DNA of 64,000 nt, taken from sequence record NC_048048.2, one strand, 5' to 3'. The translations under genes and the position numbers were made by a program. Numbering within the stretch: position 1 is the stretch's first letter; each line of letters opens with the position of its first letter. Shown one piece after another: positions 36,032 through 43,490 of the stretch. The notes under the pieces were generated by a model. That model did not search any database and was not told where the DNA came from. It saw nothing but the letters and a program-made list of their open reading frames with translations.

Positions 36032-37196
36032 ACCCAAGAAGCGCGGCCGACCTCCCGGCGAAGCCAACCTCAAGCGCCGCGTCGCCGGCAAGGCCTACGG
36101 CACCCGCGAGTTCAAGAACCTCGTGCTGGAGACGATCAAGCAGGTCCCGACCGGCGAGCAGACCATCGACGGCATCCTGAAAATCTGGGGCGACCCGCTC
36201 TGGCACGAGGCCGAAGCCAAGCTCGACCTGCGCCGGGTGATCAGCCGCTTCCACGACCAGGGCAACCTGATCCGCATCGATCGCGGCGTCTACGAGGTCG
36301 CCGAAATCCTCAAGCTGACCGCCAGCCACGACATCCAGCTTCTCGCCGAGCAGGCCCTGCGCGAGGCCGGCGGCTTCATGAAGGCCAAGGCCCTGCGCAA
36401 GGCGCTCGGCTATAGCTCCCAGGACGCGGTCAACGCCAATCTGTTCACCGCCCTGCGCATGGAAGGCTCGCGCATCCGCCGCGACTGCCACGAGCGCTAC
36501 ACCTACAACCTGCCCGAACCGGACCTCAAGCGCCTGATCCTGCCGCCGATCTGGGCCAGCGCCTACTATCGCGGCGTCTATCTCGGCGCGGCCCCCTCCC
36601 CCGAGCCGGGCGCGACGCCGTGGATGGAGTTCTTCGACAGCCACATCGCCAAGGTCGGCGAAGCCCTCTACCTGTCGCGCAAGGCCGCCGGCGCCGAACT
36701 GGAAGACGTCCTCGACTATCCGGCCATCACCAAGGCCCTGGACGCCGCGCGCATCCGCAACCCCGCGCGCCTGACCAATCGCGAGATCATCCGCCAGATC
36801 GAGGAGATGCCCGACAACATCATCGTCGTGGGTCACCGCGAGACGCGGGCCGGCAAGCTGGTCGAGATCAGGGCCACCACGCCGCGCGACGAAAGTGATC
36901 CGCGCCTCGTCGACATCCGCAACGTCCGCCTCGACATCCTGGCCAACCTGGAAAGCCCGCGCCCCGACCAGCTTCATCCTGAGCACTTCGACCGCTTCGA
37001 CTACGAGAGCCTGGGCCGCGACTTCTTCGAAGCCTGGGGCAGCGTGTTCCATATCGACCCCGTCGCCCTGTCGTGGGGGAACCTTGGCCTGCGCGAAGAC
37101 GGCGGCTGGCACAGCGTCAAGGGCAGCAAGCTGACCACCAACGTCACGGCGCTGGACGGCGGCTGGGAAGAGGAGCCCGACGCCGAAGGCGATTAA
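36024..37196 (+). CDS. tandem winged-helix protein, N-terminal AT-hook-like
   Basis: KRGRP; ISRFHDQGNLIRIDRGVYEV; second wHTH-like unit. Confidence 0.7.
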   Translation: MTEPKKRGRPPGEANLKRRVAGKAYGTREFKNLVLETIKQVPTGEQTIDGILKIWGDPLWHEAEAKLDLRRVISRFHDQGNLIRIDRGVYEVAEILKLTASHDIQLLAEQALREAGGFMKAKALRKALGYSSQDAVNANLFTALRMEGSRIRRDCHERYTYNLPEPDLKRLILPPIWASAYYRGVYLGAAPSPEPGATPWMEFFDSHIAKVGEALYLSRKAAGAELEDVLDYPAITKALDAARIRNPARLTNREIIRQIEEMPDNIIVVGHRETRAGKLVEIRATTPRDESDPRLVDIRNVRLDILANLESPRPDQLHPEHFDRFDYESLGRDFFEAWGSVFHIDPVALSWGNLGLREDGGWHSVKGSKLTTNVTALDGGWEEEPDAEGD

Positions 37197-37339
37197 GGGC
37201 GCGCCTCACCAGCAAAAATCAGCAGTTCAATCCAGTTGTTGACTATAAGCATAGAATAAAGACTAGGCTCCGAGCCCCAGCAAACACTGGGCCGGGGCCT
37301 ATTTGCTGCGCCCAGGGCTGCGCGCCGCACACCACCTTC

Positions 37340-37628
37340 CCCCAGAAAGCTAGACGCATATATTGTAGATTAAAAGACGAGCATAAAGGCTAGGGCAGGA
37401 GGGCTGAACACCACCTTCCCCCAGAAAGCTAGACACACATATTGTCGATTAAACGTAGAACATAAAGGCTAATGGGATGCAGGCCCATCTGTGGGACACA
37501 GGGCTTGCCCCAGAAAGCTAGACACACATATTGTCATCTAAACGTATAGCATAAAGGCTAATGCACCTCACACCATACAGGGCATAGGCTGTGCCTTTCA
37601 ATGAACCACACTACCATTTAGCCTTTAT
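37340..37628. repeat. three 53-bp direct repeats plus inverted half-copy (iteron-like)
   Basis: CCCCAGAAAGCTAGACRCAYATATTGT...CATAAAGGCTA at 37340, 37419, 37508; inverted ATAAAGGCTA 37619-37628. Confidence 0.9.
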
Positions 37629-38004
37629 CTTCTACTTATAAATAACAATATTCTCACTCTATGGGGTAAGGAAAATAGGAATCTAGTATAGAAGAGAGTA
37701 GTAGGGATTGTGCAGCGTATGGTTGTATGGTTGCCAGATCGAATGGGCGTCAGGGAGACACGGAAGAGGCCCGCTCCGCGTAGGACGACACTGAGGGGTC
37801 GGTTTGAACTTCCGCTGAAATGCGCACTCAGACTGCTCAAATTCGGTAATCCCTAAACCGGGGACGGTCGACACCAGAAGACGCGACCGGCGAAGGAGGG
37901 CGCAGCCCGAGTGAGGTGGGAGGCGTAGCAAACCTATGGACCTCTGCTTCCCAACCATAGGACCTCCTGGTTCAAACCTCTGGACCTCCTGGCGTAGCGA
38001 CGCT

Positions 38005-38050
38005 CGAAGATGGAGGCCCTGAAGATGGCGGCCCTGAAGATGGAGGCCCG
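38005..38050. repeat. 3x 15-bp tandem repeat
   Basis: GAAGATGG(A/C)GGCCC(T/G) x3. Confidence 0.8.
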
Positions 38051-38191
38051 ACCGGCGATCGAGGCGCAGCCGAGGAGACGGGATGGGATGGGAAAGGATT
38101 CATGACCCGATGTCGCGTTTCTTGACGTGTGTCACGTGACGTGTCATGAAGGTTACCGAAGATGGTTAATGCGCCATCCAAGGACCACCCG

Positions 38192-38917
38192 ATGTTCACC
38201 TCCATCCGCGCCGCCGATCCGCAAGACCCGCGTCCCCAACTGACGGACGAGGCCACCCTGCGCGCGGCGATCGCCACCACCCTGCCGCTCTACGTGGCCC
38301 TGGCCAAGACGCGCGGCGCCGATCTCGTCGGCGACCAGATCAGCTTCGCCCTCGAAGTGGCCTTGAAGAAGGCGCGCACCTCTGACGGCGACTGGGCCTG
38401 GAACGCCGCGCGGCTGATGGAGGACGCCTTCGGTCTGCCGGGCGATGGCAAGCTGCTCGCCCTGGTCGAGACGACCATCGCCCGGCTGAAGATCGAGTGG
38501 GAGAGCCTGACCCGCGCCTGGGTCATGCGCACCGGCTACCGCATCCCCGCCGCGCTCGACGAGAAGGTCGAGGCCGTGGTCAATGGGGTTCCGGTGGTGG
38601 GCAAGATCGTCGGCGTCTCTCGCGCGCTCGGCGTGGCCTACATGGACAACGAGGCCCACACCGAGACCTACCGCATCGACGGCGAGGACATCATCGCCAA
38701 CTACACCCAGGGCCGCTTCTCGCCCGAGACCCCGGTCCTGGGCTCGCGCTACGAGGACGCCCCCGCGCTCGCCGCTGCGGCCGAAGCCGCCCGAGGCAAG
38801 ACCCGCAAGCTGCCGGCCGCGCCGTCCGATGATGCGGCCTCGCGTCAGCAGCGCATCGCCGACGCCTATCGCAATGGCTCGTTCGGCGCTGATCTCGACG
38901 GACCCGGAGCGGCCTGA
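38192..38917 (+). CDS. hypothetical protein
   Basis: AAGGA SD before ATG 38192. Confidence 0.75.
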   Translation: MFTSIRAADPQDPRPQLTDEATLRAAIATTLPLYVALAKTRGADLVGDQISFALEVALKKARTSDGDWAWNAARLMEDAFGLPGDGKLLALVETTIARLKIEWESLTRAWVMRTGYRIPAALDEKVEAVVNGVPVVGKIVGVSRALGVAYMDNEAHTETYRIDGEDIIANYTQGRFSPETPVLGSRYEDAPALAAAAEAARGKTRKLPAAPSDDAASRQQRIADAYRNGSFGADLDGPGAA

Positions 38918-39036
38918 TGATCGACACCAACACCTTCCTGTTCAGCATGGGCATGATGGCCGCCGTGGTCATCGCCCTGACCCTGCTGATCCGCGTCGCC
39001 GACGCCCGCTACGACTATGAGCGGGGTGTCAAGTGA
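38917..39036 (+). CDS. small TM peptide (39 aa)
   Basis: MIDTNTFLFSMGMMAAVVIALTLLIRV; coupled. Confidence 0.6.
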   Translation: MIDTNTFLFSMGMMAAVVIALTLLIRVADARYDYERGVK

Positions 39037-39131
39037 TCGGCCTGACCTTCCTGGCCGTGCTGGCCTTCGGGGCCTTCTTCCTGTGGCTGCTGGGCTTCGA
39101 CTTCGAGTTCACCGGACCGGACGCCGCCTGA
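39033..39131 (+). CDS. small TM peptide (32 aa)
   Basis: GTGA overlap; hydrophobic. Confidence 0.6.
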   Translation: MIGLTFLAVLAFGAFFLWLLGFDFEFTGPDAA

Positions 39132-39289
39132 TGGACACCCTTGGCCTCATCCTGCTGCTGATCGTCGCGGTGCTGATCCTCGCCATCGCGCTCGGCTTCT
39201 GGGCCACCATCGCCCTGGTCAACATCCTGGCCAAGGAGGTGCGCGTGGTCATCGCCGACCAGCGCCATCTTCCCAAGGAGGCCTCGTGA
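39131..39289 (+). CDS. small TM peptide (52 aa)
   Basis: TGATG overlap; hydrophobic. Confidence 0.65.
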   Translation: MDTLGLILLLIVAVLILAIALGFWATIALVNILAKEVRVVIADQRHLPKEAS

Positions 39290-39435
39290 TCAACGCCCTC
39301 CTGATCCTGGCCATCCTGTGCCTGGGGCCGTTCGCCCTCCTGGCGGCGATCCTGCTGTTTTCGGCCCTGTTCTCCTGGGCGGCCTTCCGCCACGCCGACG
39401 TGCAGAAGACCCTGACCGTCAAGGTGGGGCCGTAA
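39286..39435 (+). CDS. small TM peptide (49 aa)
   Basis: AAGGAGG SD, GTGA overlap. Confidence 0.65.
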   Translation: MINALLILAILCLGPFALLAAILLFSALFSWAAFRHADVQKTLTVKVGP

Positions 39436-39436
39436 G

Positions 39437-39625
39437 ATGGAAGTCCTGGCCCTGATGGGCGCGATCCTTGGCGTGGCCTTCGCCCTGCTGTTTGGCGCGG
39501 CGGCCGTCTATCTGGCCCTGCTGCTGGGCGCGATCGTGCTGGGCTTCCTGGCCCTGTTCATTTCCGGGTTCGCCATGATGGTCGACGAGATCGTCGACAT
39601 GGTGCGCGACCACTACCGCCGGTGA
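39437..39625 (+). CDS. small membrane protein (62 aa)
   Basis: very hydrophobic. Confidence 0.65.
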   Translation: MEVLALMGAILGVAFALLFGAAAVYLALLLGAIVLGFLALFISGFAMMVDEIVDMVRDHYRR

Positions 39626-39699
39626 GCATCGTCACGGCCCTGATGGCCGCGTCGCTGATCGCCATCCTCTACCACCTCAAGCCGGGCGCGCACCGATGA
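39622..39699 (+). CDS. small TM peptide (25 aa)
   Basis: GTGA and ATGA overlaps at both ends. Confidence 0.55.
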   Translation: MSIVTALMAASLIAILYHLKPGAHR

Positions 39700-39866
39700 G
39701 CACCTTCCTGCAAGTCTCCCTGGTCCTGGCCGGCGTCCTGATGGTCATCGGCCTGTCCTGGGCCATGGGCCATTTCGAGGAGTTCATGCGCGGCTCCCTG
39801 GGCGCCCCGGAGCTTCCGGCCCACGACCTGCCCGATGAACCCGAGTTCGGATCGGAGCGTCCGTGA
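39696..39866 (+). CDS. small TM peptide (56 aa)
   Basis: ATGA overlap. Confidence 0.6.
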   Translation: MSTFLQVSLVLAGVLMVIGLSWAMGHFEEFMRGSLGAPELPAHDLPDEPEFGSERP

Positions 39867-39949
39867 CGGAGATCATCTTCCCCGCCTGCGTGGCGCTGGC
39901 CCTGGTCATCGCGATCTTCCGCCTGATCGACCACTACGACGGGACCTGA
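39863..39949 (+). CDS. small TM peptide (28 aa)
   Basis: GGAG SD, GTGA overlap. Confidence 0.55.
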   Translation: MTEIIFPACVALALVIAIFRLIDHYDGT

Positions 39950-39954
39950 CGTCC

Positions 39955-40026
39955 GTGAGCCTGCTTCTCGTCGCCGCCTTCATCGTCTGGCTGGCCTACG
40001 CCGCCGCCCGCAATCTTCGAGTCTGA
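39955..40026 (+). CDS. small TM peptide (23 aa)
   Basis: MSLLLVAAFIVWLAYAAARNLRV. Confidence 0.5.
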   Translation: MSLLLVAAFIVWLAYAAARNLRV

Positions 40027-40030
40027 TCCG

Positions 40031-40189
40031 ATGACCTATTTCGCTCTCGTCCTGGCCCTGTCGCTGGTCAACACCGGCGCCCAGATCACCACCGCCTATC
40101 GCAACTGCGAGGAAGGTCAGGTCGCCTGGGGCGTTATCCTGGCCCTGGCCCAGGCCATCGCCCTGGCCGTCTACAAGGCGCCCGCATGA
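40031..40189 (+). CDS. small membrane protein (52 aa)
   Basis: two hydrophobic segments. Confidence 0.6.
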   Translation: MTYFALVLALSLVNTGAQITTAYRNCEEGQVAWGVILALAQAIALAVYKAPA

Positions 40190-40365
40190 CCGGCTTTGTC
40201 GTCACCCTGCTGATCACCGCGATCGTCTATCACGCCCTGATCCTGCGCGATGTCTTCTGCGAGTTCTCGCGCGACGAGGGCCAGCAGCTTTTCCACGGCG
40301 TCGCCGCCGGCCTGCTGCTGATGTTCGAGATCGTCGCCGTCGGTAGCCTCTGGATGGGCAAGTAA
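40186..40365 (+). CDS. small membrane protein (59 aa)
   Basis: ATGA overlap; two hydrophobic segments. Confidence 0.6.
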   Translation: MTGFVVTLLITAIVYHALILRDVFCEFSRDEGQQLFHGVAAGLLLMFEIVAVGSLWMGK

Positions 40366-40368
40366 GCC

Positions 40369-40578
40369 ATGGCGCTCGCCTACGTCCTCGCCGACATTCT
40401 GGCCATCGCCGCCGGCGTCTATGGTGCGATCACCGGCGCCGTCTGCACCATGGACGATACGCTCAATCGTGAGCACAGCCTGCTGGTCGGCCTGTGGGTC
40501 CTGATCTGCCTGGGTTCGGCGACCATCGCCGCCCTGGGCGTGGTCGATCTGGTCATGAGGCTGCCGCCCGCGTCATGA
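40369..40578 (+). CDS. small membrane protein (69 aa)
   Basis: two hydrophobic segments. Confidence 0.6.
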   Translation: MALAYVLADILAIAAGVYGAITGAVCTMDDTLNREHSLLVGLWVLICLGSATIAALGVVDLVMRLPPAS

Positions 40579-40600
40579 CCCGTATCTCGGCCGCTTTGTC

Positions 40601-40792
40601 GTGGAGCCTTCCGTCGTGAGTGTGGCGGCAGCAGGCGCGGTGGGGGCTTACGCCGCCCAGCGTATGCGTGAGGGAGGCTACCCGCCTCTCGCGCCCATGA
40701 CCCGCGCCGAGAAGTGGGGTCTCGTAGGGGAGGCTGTGGTCATCGTCATGATCTTCGCCGCCCTGGCCTGGGTCTACAGTCTGGGGTCCTGA
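40601..40792 (+). CDS. small membrane protein (start uncertain)
   Basis: C-terminal TM helix; stop overlaps ruvC-like start. Confidence 0.5.
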   Translation: MEPSVVSVAAAGAVGAYAAQRMREGGYPPLAPMTRAEKWGLVGEAVVIVMIFAALAWVYSLGS

Positions 40793-41310
40793 TGTCTAGA
40801 ATTCTCGGCGTCGACCCCGGCGTCAAGGGCGCCCTGGCCCTGCTCGACACCACCAACTGGACCATCGCCATCCGCGACATGCCCCTGGAGATCGGCACCA
40901 AGGGCAAGGAGAAGGTCTCCGCGCGCGGTCTGCTCGATGCGATCGCCGCCGCCAAGCCCGACGCGGCTTTCCTCGAAGAGGTCTACGCCTCGCCGCAGAT
41001 GGGCGTGACCTCGGCCTTCTCGTTCGGCGACGGCTTTGGCTGCACCCGCACCGCGATCCTGGCCTATGGCTGCGTCCTTTGGCCGATCCGTCCCCAGGTG
41101 TGGAAGGCGGCCATGAAGGTCCCCAAGGACAAGAAGCAGGCCACCACCCGCGCCAGCCAGCTTGTCCCGGCCGCCCACGGCCTGTTCTTCGGCCCGCGCG
41201 GCGGCGCCTTCGATGGCCGAGCCGAAGCTGCGCTCCTGGCCCTCTATGGCTGCTTCCACCTGAAATCCACGCCCCCCAGGCCTCTCAAGGTCGTCGAGTT
41301 CCCCGAGTAG
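40792..41310 (+). CDS. RuvC-like Holliday junction resolvase
   Basis: ILGVDPG, FLEE, SAFSFG, PQVWK, DGRAEAALLA. Confidence 0.85.
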   Translation: MSRILGVDPGVKGALALLDTTNWTIAIRDMPLEIGTKGKEKVSARGLLDAIAAAKPDAAFLEEVYASPQMGVTSAFSFGDGFGCTRTAILAYGCVLWPIRPQVWKAAMKVPKDKKQATTRASQLVPAAHGLFFGPRGGAFDGRAEAALLALYGCFHLKSTPPRPLKVVEFPE

Positions 41311-41318
41311 TACCCAGT

Positions 41319-41828
41319 ATGACCTTTTTCACCGTCCAGCCCTACCGGGTCCGCCAGCGCAAGACGCGGCTGAAGATCAAGAGCGCCCTGGAGCGCATCG
41401 ACCTGATGCCGCGCCCGCAGGCCACAGTCCACCCGTTCGCGCCCAAGAAAAAGCGCGCCCGACTGACCGGGCCATACCAACCGGTGACCGGCCATACCCG
41501 GCCCTACCAAGTGATCGGCGGCGTCCATCCGGTCTATGACGAGTGCTTCGCCACCGCCGACCACGTCTACGAGGAACCGCGCAGCCCCCAGATCGTCCCG
41601 ACCGGCATCCTCGACGAGCGCGGGATCATGCTCTGCCGCGTCTCCATGCCGATCAAGCAGCAGATGGGCTTTTGCACCGGCGGCAACGCCTGGACCGGTG
41701 ACTTCGACGAGGAGGTCGAGGCCCTGATGCCGGCCGACATGCTGCGCATCTCCACCGGCGGCGGCGGGGTCAGCGAGATCGACGCCTCCGAGTTCGACGA
41801 GGACTTCGACGACGAGGACGAGGACTGA
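41319..41828 (+). CDS. hypothetical protein with acidic tail
   Basis: basic N-terminus, C-terminal EFDEDFDDEDED. Confidence 0.7.
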   Translation: MTFFTVQPYRVRQRKTRLKIKSALERIDLMPRPQATVHPFAPKKKRARLTGPYQPVTGHTRPYQVIGGVHPVYDECFATADHVYEEPRSPQIVPTGILDERGIMLCRVSMPIKQQMGFCTGGNAWTGDFDEEVEALMPADMLRISTGGGGVSEIDASEFDEDFDDEDED

Positions 41829-42055
41829 TGGCCTATTTCAACGACCGCGATTGGCAGATGGCCGGCCTGATGCTCGCCCTGGGCATGGTCACCCTGTTCG
41901 CCATCATCGGCGCGGCTATCGGCGCCGTCGTCGCCCTGCCGTTCATGCTCTGGTACCACGACTTTTTGCCGCTGCCGGCCTTTCTGGCCGTTGGCGCCGG
42001 GGCGGGCGTGGTCTTCACCGGCGTGGCCATGCGCCCCTGGGACATCCTGGCATGA
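41828..42055 (+). CDS. small membrane protein
   Basis: two hydrophobic segments. Confidence 0.65.
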   Translation: MAYFNDRDWQMAGLMLALGMVTLFAIIGAAIGAVVALPFMLWYHDFLPLPAFLAVGAGAGVVFTGVAMRPWDILA

Positions 42056-42375
42056 CCCGCGCCACCGATGCGATGCTCAAGCTCGCCGCCGAGATCGAGG
42101 AGGCCGAAAGCCGCCTGTCGGCCGCCACCGACTACTGGGCCGATCGCCAGAAGGACTACCTCAACGCCACCGAGGAGACCGACGACGCCAAGGTCCTGGC
42201 CGCCATTCAACTCAAAGCCCTGGTCGCCTATGAGCAGGTGGTCGACGCCATCGCCTTCAAGGGCGTGATGGTCGTCCAGCTTCGACGCCTCCAGAAGGCC
42301 CGCAGCGACGAGATCGCCCGCCGGGGCCAAGCCCGCAAGCGCCTGGGCGGCGCCGACGATCGCGAGGCGGCCTGA
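42052..42375 (+). CDS. coiled-coil hypothetical protein
   Basis: ATGA overlap. Confidence 0.7.
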   Translation: MTRATDAMLKLAAEIEEAESRLSAATDYWADRQKDYLNATEETDDAKVLAAIQLKALVAYEQVVDAIAFKGVMVVQLRRLQKARSDEIARRGQARKRLGGADDREAA

Positions 42376-42376
42376 C

Positions 42377-43099
42377 ATGCCCGTGCTCGCCAACGCCAAG
42401 CAGGAGCTTTACTGCAAGCACCGCGCCAACGGCTTCGTGCCCAAGAAGGCCGCCCAGGCCGCCGGCTACGCCACCGGCAGCGCCGTCTACCAGGGCCTGG
42501 AGGAAGACGCCGATGTCGTCGCCCGCATCCATGAACTGATCGACGAGCGCAATGAGGCGAAAGCCGCGCGCATGGCCGCCGCCCAGGCCAAGGCGCTCGC
42601 CGAGGGCCACACCGTCGGCACCATGACCGGCGTCTCCCACGCCTGGGTCATCGAGCAATTGAAGATGAACGCCGAGGACGCGCGCGAGAGCGGCGACTTC
42701 AAGGAAAGCAACGCGTCCCTGAAGCTGATCGGCGAAGCCTTGGGCATGTGGGGCGGAGGCCTTGCCGGCAAGGACGGCGCCGGCCCTGGCCTGCTCAATG
42801 GACCGGGCGAAGGCCCGACCCTGATCGACATCGACTCGATCGAGAAGCTGATCGGCGTCACCGACCAGTTCCACCAAGCCGCCTTGGCCGCGCCCGCCGA
42901 ACTCAGTGTCGAGGACCGCGACATCGCCATGAACCTGATCGCGGGCCAGGGCTCGAAGAATCTGGCTGGCGATCGCCAGCTTTCCACCGGCAGCGAGACC
43001 GACGTCGCCCTGCAACTGCTCGACGCCCTTGACGAGGGCGAGAGCGAAATCGCCGCGCGCGAGATCATCCCGCCGCCGCCCTATCAAGACGAGGACTAG
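42377..43099 (+). CDS. terS: terminase small subunit
   Basis: LANAKQELYC...AAQAAGY N-terminal HTH typical of TerS; upstream of terL. Confidence 0.75.
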   Translation: MPVLANAKQELYCKHRANGFVPKKAAQAAGYATGSAVYQGLEEDADVVARIHELIDERNEAKAARMAAAQAKALAEGHTVGTMTGVSHAWVIEQLKMNAEDARESGDFKESNASLKLIGEALGMWGGGLAGKDGAGPGLLNGPGEGPTLIDIDSIEKLIGVTDQFHQAALAAPAELSVEDRDIAMNLIAGQGSKNLAGDRQLSTGSETDVALQLLDALDEGESEIAAREIIPPPPYQDED

Positions 43100-43104
43100 A
43101 GATC

Positions 43105-43254
43105 ATGGGCCAGCCCAACTTCGCTCCCAATTCGCCGCTGGTCGGCTTCAAGAAGTTCCTGCTCGGCGGCACGGCCGTCTATCGCCTCGCCATGACCGAG
43201 ACCACCGTCAAGTCGGCCTATGGCGAGATCAAGGCCTGGGGCGTGCGGGGCTGA
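43105..43254 (+). CDS. hypothetical protein (49 aa)
   Basis: GAGG SD; TGATG overlap downstream. Confidence 0.55.
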   Translation: MGQPNFAPNSPLVGFKKFLLGGTAVYRLAMTETTVKSAYGEIKAWGVRG

Positions 43255-43403
43255 TGCGCGCGCGTCTGGCCCTCCTCCTGGCCGGGATCACCGGCGCTCT
43301 GGTCTTGTCGCTCACCCGCCCGGTCAGCGCCAGGACCAAGCTGATCTCCCTGGCCGCGCGTCCGCCCTGGGTGGGCAGAAAGCTCCCCGCCCACACCGCC
43401 TGA
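43254..43403 (+). CDS. hypothetical hydrophobic peptide (49 aa)
   Basis: coupled; N-terminal hydrophobic stretch. Confidence 0.45.
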   Translation: MRARLALLLAGITGALVLSLTRPVSARTKLISLAARPPWVGRKLPAHTA

Positions 43404-43490
43404 AACCTTTCAAGGCCCGCCCGATCAACGAGGCGGGCCAAACCCATTTTCGATGACGAGTAGCCCTCACCAACCTGGACTGCTCATCCT

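Noticed and set aside
37340-37560. CRISPR-like mini-array
   Set aside because: Units are bipartite 53-bp repeats with internal variation, only three copies, non-palindromic, no cas genes; fits iterons better
40792-41310. Cas12/TnpB-type RuvC effector
   Set aside because: 172-aa classic resolvase motif set beside terminase; no Zn finger, guide locus or array
43414-43439. Intrinsic terminator before terL
   Set aside because: Good 8-bp hairpin but no U-tract on the + strand; may be an RNA processing or translational element instead
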